Origin: Myxococcota bacterium
GTDB lineage: Bacteria; Myxococcota_A; Polyangia; Polyangiales; Sandaracinaceae
Assembly (NCBI GenBank): GCA_036149055.1
Contig: JAYZQJ010000033.1
Coordinates: 96,001-160,000, forward strand
Length of the DNA: 64,000 nucleotides
Direction: 5' to 3'
A program made the position numbers and the translations under genes. Positions within the stretch are counted from its first letter, which is position 1; every line of letters starts with the position of its first letter. Shown one piece after another: positions 55,204 to 64,000 of this stretch. The notes under the pieces are model-generated. The model was not told where the DNA came from. It was given only the letters and a program-made list of their open reading frames with translations, and searched no databases.

Positions 55204-55276
55204 TGGGTCATGAAGGACTCGAACCTTCAGCCAATGGATTAAGAGTCCACTGCTCTACCAATTGAGCTAATGACCC
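55204..55276 (-). tRNA. tRNA-Lys(CTT)
   Basis: GGGTCATTAGCTCAATTGGTAGAGCAGTGGACT-CTT-AATCCA...GGTTCGAGTCCTTCATGACCCA; CCA not encoded. Confidence 0.96.
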
Positions 55277-55290
55277 GTCTCTTGTCAGAG

Positions 55291-55364
55291 CGCGCCCGGA
55301 GGGATTCGAACCCCCGACCTGCGGATTCGAAGTCCGACGCTCTATCCAGCTGAGCTACAGGCGC
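55291..55364 (-). tRNA. tRNA-Arg(TCG)
   Basis: GCGCCTGTAGCTCAGCTGGATAGAGCGTCGGACT-TCG-AATCCG...GGTTCGAATCCCTCCGGGCGCG. Confidence 0.96.
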
Positions 55365-55412
55365 TCGAGGAGAGCACCGCCGCCTTCGGGCTGTCGCCCT
55401 CGGGCGGCGGGC

Positions 55413-55440
55413 TTTCTACAGCATCTCGCTGAGCTGTCAA
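55413..55440 (-). promoter_or_regulatory. Possible internal sigma70 promoter for tRNA-Arg/Lys
   Basis: Minus strand TTGACA-N16-TAGAAA between tRNA-His and tRNA-Arg. Confidence 0.55.
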
Positions 55441-55467
55441 ATGCTTTCCTGAGAAAGCGTCCGGGAG

Positions 55468-55541
55468 GGTGACCGACGGGATTTGAACCCGCGACGCCCG
55501 GAGCCACAATCCAGTGCTCTACCAACTGAGCTACGGCCACC
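55468..55541 (-). tRNA. tRNA-His(GTG)
   Basis: G(-1)GTGGCCGTAGCTCAGTTGGTAGAGCACTGGATT-GTG-GCTCCGG...GGTTCAAATCCCGTCGGTCACC; G-1:C73 identity pair. Confidence 0.96.
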
Positions 55542-55552
55542 AGAGACGGCGG

Positions 55553-55580
55553 AGTGTAGCCAGAACGCGGGCCCTGGCAA
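55553..55580 (-). promoter_or_regulatory. Sigma70 promoter of the tRNA cluster
   Basis: Minus strand TTGCCA-N16-TACACT followed by a GC-rich discriminator. Confidence 0.65.
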
Positions 55581-55620
55581 GCACTCGATCACTTTCCTCG
55601 TCACGACGTACTCTCGGGCC

Positions 55621-55839
55621 ATGCGGAGCGGCCGGTGTCCCAAGTGCGAGGGTCAGAAGATCGCGACCACGAAGTACGCGCAGTACCTCGGCGCGGGCGT
55701 GTCCGGGCCGACGTTTCGGCTCTTCGCGTGCGCGGACTGCCGGTACACCGAGCAGTACCTCGAGGAGCCGGTCGAGCAGCGGGTGAAGGTCCTCGACTCG
55801 TGGCGCTGGCTCAAGGACGAGAAGGGTCCGTTCCGCTGA
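55621..55839 (+). CDS. Small zinc-ribbon protein
   Basis: CPKC...CADCRYTEQY; 72 aa. Confidence 0.7.
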   Translation: MRSGRCPKCEGQKIATTKYAQYLGAGVSGPTFRLFACADCRYTEQYLEEPVEQRVKVLDSWRWLKDEKGPFR

Positions 55840-56392
55840 CGCCGCCGTCGCGGCTCGGGGTGACGATGAGCCGCCCGTCGCCCGCGTAGCGCCGCCGCGC
55901 CCACTCGCAGAGGGCCATGCCCGCGGCCACCGTCATCGGGTAGCTGTGGTTGATGCCGAACATCGGGATCGCGACGACCTCGTCGGCGGCCGCGAGGATC
56001 TCCGGGCCGACGCCCTCCTCCTCGTTGCCGATCACGATCACGGTGTCCTCGGGCAAGCTCGAGTCCCAGAGACCCACGAGATCGTCGTGGTCCTTCTCGA
56101 GCGCGCTGAGGTGCCAGCCCTCGGCCTTCGCCCGGGCGACGAAGGCCGCCTCGCTCTCGATCTCGACGACGTTCTCGTAGCGCTGCATGCCCATCGCGGC
56201 GCGGCGATACCAGTCGTCGTCGCCGATGAGCAGGATCTCCTTCACCAGGAAGGAGTGCGCGGTGCGGATGATCGCGCCGACGTTGAAGGGGTTCTTGCTG
56301 CGTCGGATCGCCACGCGCACCGGGTGGCGGATCCGCTCGAGCTCGGCCTTCACCTCGTCGAGCGGCATGCGGAGCGGCGGGACCTTGGCCAT
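55811..56392 (-). CDS. TrmH/SpoU family RNA methyltransferase
   Basis: NPFNVGAIIRTA, VIGNEEEGV, IPMFGINHSYPM. Confidence 0.9.
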   Translation of the reverse strand: MAKVPPLRMPLDEVKAELERIRHPVRVAIRRSKNPFNVGAIIRTAHSFLVKEILLIGDDDWYRRAAMGMQRYENVVEIESEAAFVARAKAEGWHLSALEKDHDDLVGLWDSSLPEDTVIVIGNEEEGVGPEILAAADEVVAIPMFGINHSYPMTVAAGMALCEWARRRYAGDGRLIVTPSRDGGVSGTDPSRP

Positions 56393-56405
56393 GATCGCCG
56401 CGACT

Positions 56406-56960
56406 TCAGCGCTTCCACTTGATCGAGCAGCCCATCGACGGGACCACCTCGGCGAGGCCGTGCGGCTGCCCCTCGAGGGTGCGGTCGAGGACCTGCCGGA
56501 GATCCTGGCGCTGCACGGCCGAGGCGTCCTTCCAGCTGTCGTCGATGCGGCCGTTGTAGACGAGCCGTCGATCGGCGTCGAAGACGAAGACGTCCGGGGT
56601 GCAGGCGGCGTCGTAGGCGCGCGCGACCTCCTGGCTCTCGTCGCGGAGGTAGGGGAACGGGAAGCCCTTCGCCTCCGCCCGCTCGACCATCCTCTCGAAG
56701 GAGTCGCCGGGGTGGCTCGCGGCGTCGTTGGGGTTGATGGCGACCAGGCGCACGCCGCGGTCCGCGTAGTCGCGCTGGAGCGCGATCAGGCGGTCCTCCG
56801 AGGCGATCGCGTAGGGGCAGTGGTTGCAGGTGAAGACGACCACCAGGGCCTTGGCGTCGGCGAAGTCGGCGAGCGACCAGGTCTCGCCGTCGGTGCCGGG
56901 GAGCGAGAAGGCGGGGGCCGGGGTGCCGACCGCCATGCCGTTGGACTGTACGAGGGCCAT
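56406..56960 (-). CDS. Thioredoxin-like AhpC/TSA family protein
   Basis: FTCNHCPY, YDAACTPD, YNGRIDD, SMGCSIKW. Confidence 0.92.
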   Translation of the reverse strand: MALVQSNGMAVGTPAPAFSLPGTDGETWSLADFADAKALVVVFTCNHCPYAIASEDRLIALQRDYADRGVRLVAINPNDAASHPGDSFERMVERAEAKGFPFPYLRDESQEVARAYDAACTPDVFVFDADRRLVYNGRIDDSWKDASAVQRQDLRQVLDRTLEGQPHGLAEVVPSMGCSIKWKR

Positions 56961-56982
56961 GGCAGAACCCTGGCGCAGCGGA

Positions 56983-58173
56983 TCAGATCTGCCAACCCAC
57001 CCAGGCGGTGGCGTGCCAGCCGGCGTCGTGCCCGGTGACCGCTCCGTCCGGGCGGCGGAAGGTCAGCTCGTAGTGGCGGAAGCCGACCTCTGCCGCCCAG
57101 GTGAAGCCCGGCTCGACGAGGCCATGGAGGCGCATCAGCCCGTCGACACCCCAGACGTCGTGGTCGCGCCCGTAGACGCTCTCGAGCTGCCCCACGCCGA
57201 ACGGGAAGCGCGCGCCGAGCTCCGCGTCGAGCACCAGCAGCCGGCCGAGCAGACGGAAGCCGCTGACGATCGCCGGCCGCAGGTGGAGGTACTCGGCGGT
57301 CGGCAGCAGCTCGTTGAACGCGAGCTCGTAGCGGTCCCAGCCGATCCCGAGCGCCGCGCCGAGCTCCACCTGGTCTTCGATCCACCAGCTCGCGCCGGCG
57401 TCGCCGCGGAAGCGCACGAACCAGGTGTCGAGCTGGCCGAGGCGCGGATCCTCACGCTCGCTCGTCAGGCCCACCGAGCTGCCGAACGACGCGCGCACGA
57501 ACGCGACGTCGAAGAAGCGCGCCTCCGCGCGCGCGGTCAGCTCGAAGTACGGCTCGACGCGGTAGGCGGCGTCCACGCCGTCGGGCGAGAGCAGCTCCAC
57601 GCTCCGGCTGCGCAGCCCCGCGCCGACCTGGAAGACCGCCCGCACCGGGAACGCCTCGGCGTCGGTCGGCGCGGCCGGAGGCGGGGACTCGGTCGGGGGC
57701 GCCTCCGAGACCGGGGGCGGAGCCTCGCGCGCCTCGTCGCTGCCCGGGTCGGCCAGCGGCTCGGCCGAGGGGGAGGCCGCGGTCGGCACCAGCTCGAGCT
57801 CGCCGGCGAGGCGGTCGACGAGGCGCGAGACGCCGCCCGCGCCCCGGACGCGCATGCGCACGCCGCCCTGCTCTCCCCCGGTCGCGTCGCGCACCTGGAG
57901 GGTCACCTGGTACTGCCGGCGACGGGAGCGCACCCGCCCGGTCACGATGGCGCCCGCGCCCGCCTCGCGCGCCGCCGCGGCCAGGTCGTCCGGGGGGGCG
58001 GTCTCGGTGACCTCGAGCCCGCGCTCGCGCAGCCCCTCGACGATCAGCCGCTGCGCGACGGCGGCGCCCCGCCCCTCGAGCTCGACGAAGAGCACGTGCT
58101 GCGCCTGCGCGGAGGCGAAGCTCGGCAGGAGCCAGCCCGAGACGAGGGCGGCGACGAGGAGGAGGCGCTGCAC
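56983..58173 (-). CDS. Hypothetical exported protein, probable C-terminal outer-membrane beta-barrel
   Basis: Signal peptide, small alpha/beta domain, Pro-rich linker, amphipathic beta strands ending AWVGWQI. Confidence 0.65.
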   Translation of the reverse strand: MQRLLLVAALVSGWLLPSFASAQAQHVLFVELEGRGAAVAQRLIVEGLRERGLEVTETAPPDDLAAAAREAGAGAIVTGRVRSRRRQYQVTLQVRDATGGEQGGVRMRVRGAGGVSRLVDRLAGELELVPTAASPSAEPLADPGSDEAREAPPPVSEAPPTESPPPAAPTDAEAFPVRAVFQVGAGLRSRSVELLSPDGVDAAYRVEPYFELTARAEARFFDVAFVRASFGSSVGLTSEREDPRLGQLDTWFVRFRGDAGASWWIEDQVELGAALGIGWDRYELAFNELLPTAEYLHLRPAIVSGFRLLGRLLVLDAELGARFPFGVGQLESVYGRDHDVWGVDGLMRLHGLVEPGFTWAAEVGFRHYELTFRRPDGAVTGHDAGWHATAWVGWQI

Positions 58174-58194
58174 CGGGCGCGACAGTACCGCGCT

Positions 58195-58971
58195 TCAGTC
58201 CGCCAGATCGACCCAGACCGGCGCGTGATCGCTCGGGGTGAGCCCCTCGACCTTCTTGCGCCAGTCGCGCTCGACGTGGACGTCCTCGACCCGGGCGGCG
58301 AGGGGCGCGGTCACGAGCACCAGGTCGATGCGCAGGCCCTGCCGCTTGTGGAAGGCGCCGGCGCGGTAGTCCCACCAGCTGTGCCCGGGCTCCTCCGGCT
58401 TGGTCTCCCGCCACGCGTCGACGAAGCCCCAGTCGAGCAGGCGCGCCATGCGCTGACGCTCCTCGTCGGTGTGGAAGATGTTCCCGGCGAGCTTCTTCTC
58501 GTTCCAGGAGTCGATCGGCGCCGGCACGATGTTGAAGTCCCCGGTGAGCACGAGCGGCTCGTCCGGGCGGTGCTGCGACTCGACGTAGTCGGAGAGCGCG
58601 TCGTACCAGGCGAGCTTCCCCTGGAAGTCCTCGTGGTCGATCGTCTTGCCGTTCGGGCAGTAGACGGTGATGAAGGTCATGCCTCCGGTCTTCACCGACA
58701 GGAGACGCGCCCCGACCGACTCCTGACCGGGCAGACCCCGCTGCACCACCTCGGCGTCGCCCTTGCTGAGCACGGCGACCCCGTTCCAGCTCTTCTGGCC
58801 GTGGGTCACGACCTGGTAGCCGAGCTCGGTGAAGGCGTCGTGCGGGAACTTCTCGTCCTCCATCTTGAGCTCCTGAAAGCCCACGACGTCGGGATCGACC
58901 GCGCGCAGCCAGTGCTGCACGTAGTCGATCCGGGCCCGCATTCCGTTGATGTTCCAGGTCGCGATGCGCAT
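58195..58971 (-). CDS. xth: Exodeoxyribonuclease III
   Basis: MRIATWNING, FQELK, NGVA, YCPNG, GDFN, SWWDYR, GLRID, SDHAPV. Confidence 0.96.
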   Translation of the reverse strand: MRIATWNINGMRARIDYVQHWLRAVDPDVVGFQELKMEDEKFPHDAFTELGYQVVTHGQKSWNGVAVLSKGDAEVVQRGLPGQESVGARLLSVKTGGMTFITVYCPNGKTIDHEDFQGKLAWYDALSDYVESQHRPDEPLVLTGDFNIVPAPIDSWNEKKLAGNIFHTDEERQRMARLLDWGFVDAWRETKPEEPGHSWWDYRAGAFHKRQGLRIDLVLVTAPLAARVEDVHVERDWRKKVEGLTPSDHAPVWVDLAD

Positions 58972-58992
58972 GCGGCCCGTCTTACGGGCAGC

Positions 58993-60378
58993 TCAGGTCC
59001 GCAGCAAGGCCGGGATGGGGCCCACGCGGAGATCCGCGCGATCCTCCTCGAGCCCGGCGTCGACCAGCAGCGTGCGCCAGATGTGCTCCGGGTAGACGAT
59101 CTGTCCCGCGACGTCGTCCTCGGTGACCCGGCCGGTCGCGAGATCGACGAGCTGCGGGGCCATGCCGATGTCGCTCGAGGCGCCGATCACGCCCGGCGCG
59201 ACGTTGCCGCCGAGCAGGACGCAGCTGTTGGTCAGCCAGTGGTCCCGGCCGCCGCGCGCGTTGAGGAGCGGGGTGCGCATGAACTCGCTGAAGGCGCAGA
59301 TCACGGTCCGGTCGAGCATCGACTCGCCGGTGTCGCGGTAGGGCGTCTCCTGCAGATGGAGCGCGAGGCGCGCGATGGCGTCGAAGCCCTCGTACTGCCG
59401 CGGCCCGTGCTCGTCTTCCCAGTCGTCGAAGTGGGCGTCGAGCCCGCGCGCCGCCTCGATGGTGACCACCCGCGCCACCCCGTTCGTCAGCGCCTGGTAG
59501 GCCAGCGCGGCCTGAGCCCCCGAGCTGCTCAGCTCGTTGGTGCCGAAGCCGTAGCGGTCGCGCATCGGCTCCATCTCGTCGGTGCGGAAGTCGAAGAGCG
59601 ACTGCACGTCCGCCTCCATGACCGTCCGCATGCGCACCCGCGCCGACTCGCTCGTGCGGAGGATCGGCGACGAGAGGTTTCGCGCGCAGCTCGACTCCTC
59701 GAAGTGGTGGTCGGCGATGGCGAGATCCAGCGCCTCCTCCATCGTCGGGTCCTGCCGGCGCAGCAGCTCCACCATGTCGGAGGCGCTGCCCACCCGGAGC
59801 GCGCTCGCCTCGGGCGGCAGCTCGGGGTTGAACGACTCGACGCGCACCGAGAGGTTCGGGATGAGCCGACGCCCGCCGAACTGCGCGGCCAGCCAGGAGG
59901 AGCCGCTCGACCCGCGCGCCTGGAGACCGGAAGGCGGCTTGCCGGTGAGGAAGCGGCGGCGGCCCACCTCGTGGGTGAGGGTGTCCATGCTCATGCCGCG
60001 CACGATCGCGAGCCGATCGGCGAGGGCGTCGAGCGGGCGCGCCGCGGGACCGAGCAGGATCTCGGTGCCCGGCGCGAAGGCCGGGGCCTCCTGGAAGCGC
60101 ACCTCGGACTGGTGATCGTAGCCGGGCTGGATGCGGGTGGCGCCGAGGTTCTCCTCGTTGAACACCGCCGGGTTCCTCGGGTCGATGCCGAGGAGCACGT
60201 CCCAGCCGCCGCTGAAGTAGGCGAAGACGTAGAAGCGCTCGTCCGCCTCCTCGTCCTGCCCGGACGCCAGCCGCGAGAGCGCGCCGAGGCCGCTCGCGCC
60301 GAGGCCGGCCGCGCCGCCCGCGAGCAGCACGTTCCGCATGAACTTCCGACGACCCAGCTCGTTGTGATGATCGCTCAT
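58993..60378 (-). CDS. Tat-exported DUF1501-like protein
   Basis: LGRRKFM twin-arginine signal; FSGGWD, DAH, SEFMRTPLLN..GGRDHW, LLGG. Confidence 0.85.
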   Translation of the reverse strand: MSDHHNELGRRKFMRNVLLAGGAAGLGASGLGALSRLASGQDEEADERFYVFAYFSGGWDVLLGIDPRNPAVFNEENLGATRIQPGYDHQSEVRFQEAPAFAPGTEILLGPAARPLDALADRLAIVRGMSMDTLTHEVGRRRFLTGKPPSGLQARGSSGSSWLAAQFGGRRLIPNLSVRVESFNPELPPEASALRVGSASDMVELLRRQDPTMEEALDLAIADHHFEESSCARNLSSPILRTSESARVRMRTVMEADVQSLFDFRTDEMEPMRDRYGFGTNELSSSGAQAALAYQALTNGVARVVTIEAARGLDAHFDDWEDEHGPRQYEGFDAIARLALHLQETPYRDTGESMLDRTVICAFSEFMRTPLLNARGGRDHWLTNSCVLLGGNVAPGVIGASSDIGMAPQLVDLATGRVTEDDVAGQIVYPEHIWRTLLVDAGLEEDRADLRVGPIPALLRT

Positions 60379-60385
60379 GATCGCC

Positions 60386-61054
60386 TCAGTAGGTGTAGAA
60401 GTCCGGGTGGGTGACGAGCGCGACGCAGACGCCCTCCCAGGCGCGCTTCGGCGGCAGCTCGGCCTCGGTCGCCGCCTCGGTCAGGCGCGCGCTCAGCAGG
60501 CGCCACGGCTCGAGCTCCGGGCTGGAGGCCTCGACGCGTCGCCCGTGGAAGCGGAGGAGCAGGTCCGAGAGCGCCGCGTCGATCTCGGCGTCGGTCGGCG
60601 GGGTCTCGCGGGTCAGGTCGACCGGCGCGAAGGTGCCCTGCGGGCCGCCCTCGTACTCCGGCCCGTCGCCCGCCTCGCGATCGGCGACCCGTCGGCAGGC
60701 GGAGCGCGCGGCGTCGTCGAGGAACTTCTGGAAGAGCAGCGAGACGGTGAGGTCCTCGCTGGTCGAGTTGACGTAGTCCGGCACGCCGAGCGTGTCGGAG
60801 TAGGCGCTGAAGTAGCGGGTGCGGACGGTGCCGTCCGAGTTCATGCGCTCCCAGCCGATGCCGCCCGTCACCGCGCGGAGCGAGGCCTCGAGCTGGTCGA
60901 CGTCCATGCGTCGACGCTCGCGCCAGGGATCGGTGCCGAGGTCGACCTCCTCGCCGTCCTCGAACTCGTGCCCCTCGTGGTCGATGGGCACCGAGCCGCT
61001 GCAGGACGCGACGAGCAGCGAGGCCAGGGCCCACCAGATGGAGTGCGTACGCAT
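60386..61054 (-). CDS. Hypothetical lipoprotein (DUF1501-operon partner)
   Basis: Lipobox VASC; RRRMDVDQL, LGVPDY, KFLDDAARSAC, WEGVCVALVTHPDFYTY. Confidence 0.8.
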   Translation of the reverse strand: MRTHSIWWALASLLVASCSGSVPIDHEGHEFEDGEEVDLGTDPWRERRRMDVDQLEASLRAVTGGIGWERMNSDGTVRTRYFSAYSDTLGVPDYVNSTSEDLTVSLLFQKFLDDAARSACRRVADREAGDGPEYEGGPQGTFAPVDLTRETPPTDAEIDAALSDLLLRFHGRRVEASSPELEPWRLLSARLTEAATEAELPPKRAWEGVCVALVTHPDFYTY

Positions 61055-62679
61055 CAGAGGGCCCTCCGGTAGGTCTCGCTGGTCACGATGACCCGGACCA
61101 GCTCGCGGTAGCGGAAGTCTCCGTCGGTGAACTCCGCCGTGACCTCGCGCGCCCAGTCCTGCTCCTCCTCGCGGAGCTCGCGCCCGAGGAGCCACTCGGC
61201 GGTGCGGCGGACCGAGCAGGCGGTGAAGCGCCCGTCCGCGAGGCCCTGGCGGACCAGCGCCGCCGGCCCGGTCTCGACGTTCGGTCGGTGCTCGTCCCGC
61301 AGGAACTCGAACGCGCGCAGGCGACCGAGGTAGGGCTCCTCCTCGGGGGAGAGCGCGCGGGTCACGTAGTTGAACCGGCAGAGATCGCTGCACGGCTCGA
61401 GGCCCACGCCGCAGTCTCGGCACTCCTCGCGGAACTCGGGATAGACGCCCGGGTCGAGGAAGCCGCCGCCCTGCTGCGTCCAGCGCCCCCAGTGGGCCGC
61501 CGCCGGCTCGAGGATGGCGTGGCAGTAGTTGCAGCCCGGCCGCTGCTGCACGTCCGGGTTCGCCTGCGCGACCTCGTCGTCGAGCGGGATGCCGCCCTCC
61601 GGCGGCTGGAACGGCTCGCAGAGGAAGGCGTCGTAGAACCGGTTGGCGCGCGCGCGGTTGGTCTGGAAGCGGAGGAGGAAGACCGGGTGGGTCAGCAGCC
61701 CCGAGTGGGCCTCCGGCAGCTCGATCTCGCGCCAGGCCGCCTCGTCGGCGAAGGCGACCGCGCCGCCCTCGATGTCGGTCACCGGCAGGCTGTCCACGTC
61801 GAGCGACGCGGGGACCAGCTGCACGTTGTTGTAGATGTCCTTGTGGTGACGCCAGTAGTAGGCGAGCGGGCCGTTGACGAACGCGCGGCGCGAGGTCAGC
61901 AGCGCGTGGTAGGGCTCGTCGGCCGCGACGTGAGCGGCCACGCGCCGCTCGAGCTCCTCGGCGAACGAGTCGAGCACCGTGTTGCGCACCGCGGTGGTGC
62001 CGCACCAGCGGAGGTTCGGGCCGCAGCCGCAGCCGGGGTCACCGATGGCCGCCCGGGTCGAGCAGTCGTTGCCGCTCGGGGAGACGGCCTGCTCCTGCGC
62101 GTCGAGCGCGCACACGCGGATCTCGGTGCCGGGCGCCCAGTAGGGCTCCACCGTCACGTAGCCCTCGCGCCCGTCCGCGTCGGTCTCGATGCTGCCGTCG
62201 GGGGCGAAGGTGGCGGGCTCGTTCCGACAGCCGCGGGTGGTGTCGCCGCGGTAGGCGAGGCGGGTCGACGAGGTCGACTGGTGCCACACGCGCGGGCTGC
62301 CGGAGCCGTCGACGTTGGCGTTGCTCAGGTTTCGCCGGAAGTGATAGAGGCGCGTGACGTTGTCGATGTTCGGCCAGAGCAGCTCGCGGTGCCGCCGGAC
62401 CACGCGGTCCTGGAACGCCTCCGTCTGGAGCCACTCGTCGACCAGGACCTCGGCGCCCTCGGCGCGCATGCGCTCGTGCTCCTCGGGCGAGGGCACGACG
62501 CCGCGCAGGTCGAGGCTGAGCGCGCGCAGGTAGCCGTCGTCGTCGAGACGGGTCTGCTGCGGGCGACAGAGCGCCGGGTCGAGGCACTCCGCCGACGCGG
62601 GCGTGAGCCAGAGGGCGGCGCCGAGGCCCGCGCCCAGAAGGGCGGCGAGCGACAGCGACGCGGTGAGCCAACGTTTCAT
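61054..62679 (-). CDS. Secreted Cys-rich protein with one CxxCH heme motif (DUF1549/1585/1588-like)
   Basis: Signal peptide; YLRALSLDLRG, HSGLLT...TNRARA...FLC, CNYCH..LEP, plus further Cys clusters. Confidence 0.8.
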   Translation of the reverse strand: MKRWLTASLSLAALLGAGLGAALWLTPASAECLDPALCRPQQTRLDDDGYLRALSLDLRGVVPSPEEHERMRAEGAEVLVDEWLQTEAFQDRVVRRHRELLWPNIDNVTRLYHFRRNLSNANVDGSGSPRVWHQSTSSTRLAYRGDTTRGCRNEPATFAPDGSIETDADGREGYVTVEPYWAPGTEIRVCALDAQEQAVSPSGNDCSTRAAIGDPGCGCGPNLRWCGTTAVRNTVLDSFAEELERRVAAHVAADEPYHALLTSRRAFVNGPLAYYWRHHKDIYNNVQLVPASLDVDSLPVTDIEGGAVAFADEAAWREIELPEAHSGLLTHPVFLLRFQTNRARANRFYDAFLCEPFQPPEGGIPLDDEVAQANPDVQQRPGCNYCHAILEPAAAHWGRWTQQGGGFLDPGVYPEFREECRDCGVGLEPCSDLCRFNYVTRALSPEEEPYLGRLRAFEFLRDEHRPNVETGPAALVRQGLADGRFTACSVRRTAEWLLGRELREEEQDWAREVTAEFTDGDFRYRELVRVIVTSETYRRAL

Positions 62680-62693
62680 GGGACCAGCCTCCC

Positions 62694-63998
62694 TCACTCC
62701 GGATACCCCGCGACCCGCCACGCCTCGATCAGCGCGACCTCGCGCTGGGTGAGCGGCGGGCGACCGAGGGGCATCCGGCCCTCGACCACATTCGTCAGGA
62801 TCAGATCGTAGATCTCCTGCCAGTGCGAGGACGCGTCGAGCCGCGTGTTCGCCGGCCCCTCCGGGCCGTGGCAGGAGGCGCAGTAGCCCTGGTACAGCGG
62901 CTCCACGTCCTCGCTCCAGGTCGCGCTCGTGACGACCTCGAACGATCGGCGGACCGCGATCGGCAGCGTGCCGTCGTCGTAGGTGACGCGGACCTCGAGC
63001 GCGTAGCTCCCGTCGCCCAGCTCGGCCGGGTCGACGGCGACGCGCGTCGGGTCGGCGAGGACCTCGACCGGCTGCCCGTCGATGAACGCCTCCACCTCGG
63101 GCGCGCCCTCGGCCAGGATCACGAACTCGCGCTCGGTCACCAGGAGCGACGCGTCACCCGGGCCGTCGACCTCCACCTCGCGGCGGGGCGAGAAGCGGCG
63201 CACGCCGGCGGGCCCGGAGGTGAAGAGCGCGCCCCCGGGCCCGAGCGCGACGGCCTCGTCCCCGTCGAGCGTCACGCCCTCCACCCGGTGAATGCGCCCG
63301 TCGGCGTGGAGGTGCGCGTCGCCGTCGGCGCTCCAGAACCAGGCGACGTCCGAGAGCGGCGAGGCGAGCAGGCGCTCCACCTCGACCCCGAGATCGCGGA
63401 GCGCGCGGTCGCCGCTCAGCTGGTGGAGCCGGCCGTCGAGCACGAGCCAGCCGTTGAGCGCGGCGTCGCCGCCGATCGCGGTCGGTGGCGCGGGCAGCCC
63501 GAGGGACGCGGTGCGCACCACGCCGGTCCGATCGCGCCAGACCTCGAGCACCCGATCCGGGAGCCGCACCCAGAGCGCGGGGCCCTCGGGGCGCGGCGCG
63601 ACGGCGAGCTCGGACATGGAGAGGTCCTCGTCGAGCGAGAGCCGCATCGCGCGCGGCCCGGCGTCCTCGTCGATCACCCGGTAGAGCGAGCGGTCGGTCA
63701 CGATCCAGAGATCGCCCGCGCCCCGCCCGGTCCGGGTGGGCAGCAGGACCGCGTCCCGGATGGCGCCGTCCAGGCTGTCGGCCAGCGGCGAGGGCACCCA
63801 GGCGGCGCCCCGGAGGATGAAGGTGCCGCCGCTCGCGAGCACCAGGGTGGCTCCGTCGCTGGGCAGCGCCGCGTGGACCTCGCCGACCTCCGCCGCCGGG
63901 CCGATGACCACCGGCTCGAGCTCGGGGCGGCGGGGATCGAGCAGCAGGAGCCTCGCGTCGCGCTCGACGATCAGCCGGCCGTCGGGCAGCGGGACGAG
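62694..63998 (-). CDS. Large protein with Ig-like domain and C-terminal c-type cytochrome (5' truncated)
   Basis: Frame stays open to the window edge. Beta-propeller-like region, LGDGSYALEV Ig-like strand, WSEDVEPL..YCASCHG...MP...LIEAW. Confidence 0.85.
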   Translation of the reverse strand, partial: LVPLPDGRLIVERDARLLLLDPRRPELEPVVIGPAAEVGEVHAALPSDGATLVLASGGTFILRGAAWVPSPLADSLDGAIRDAVLLPTRTGRGAGDLWIVTDRSLYRVIDEDAGPRAMRLSLDEDLSMSELAVAPRPEGPALWVRLPDRVLEVWRDRTGVVRTASLGLPAPPTAIGGDAALNGWLVLDGRLHQLSGDRALRDLGVEVERLLASPLSDVAWFWSADGDAHLHADGRIHRVEGVTLDGDEAVALGPGGALFTSGPAGVRRFSPRREVEVDGPGDASLLVTEREFVILAEGAPEVEAFIDGQPVEVLADPTRVAVDPAELGDGSYALEVRVTYDDGTLPIAVRRSFEVVTSATWSEDVEPLYQGYCASCHGPEGPANTRLDASSHWQEIYDLILTNVVEGRMPLGRPPLTQREVALIEAWRVAGYPE

Positions 63999-64000
63999 GT

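Noticed and set aside
47100..55276. Genomic island integrated at the 3' end of tRNA-Lys
   Set aside because: The genes look accessory, but I found no integrase and no duplicated tRNA 3' end (att site) by eye.
55355..55643. Small minus-strand ORFs over the tRNA region
   Set aside because: They are translations of tRNA-His and its promoter.

Overview
A very GC-rich, gene-dense bacterial chromosome segment. It is probably from a myxobacterium (Myxococcota, likely Polyangiales/Sandaracinus-like). That is inferred from a MYXO-CTERM-like tail, an AgmX/TonB-C-like kinase, Cys-rich lipoproteins and many Ser/Thr and hybrid kinases. In order, the window holds: an ilv(B)NC-leuA-leuCD-cimA-leuB operon; two TetR genes with clear operators; a flavin oxidoreductase; a sigma54-activator/persulfide dioxygenase-rhodanese pair; a tandem SDR; secreted Kazal, SpoIID and NlpC/P60-like proteins; cysS; an AddAB-type helicase-nuclease; a signalling cluster; groES-groEL; azoR/LysR; a class A beta-lactamase; an Rpn nuclease; a tRNA His-Arg-Lys cluster; xth; and a truncated four-gene envelope redox-like operon. 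Two items stand out. First, the uncharacterised operon at the right edge (cytochrome c/Ig-like protein, heme-c Cys-rich protein, lipoprotein, Tat-exported DUF1501-like protein). Second, the Rpn gene carries a strong internal in-frame start that would make a nested small protein, as in known Rpn toxin-antitoxin defence genes. No CRISPR array, rRNA, integrase or prophage was seen. All family calls come from reading motifs by eye; no database searches were run.
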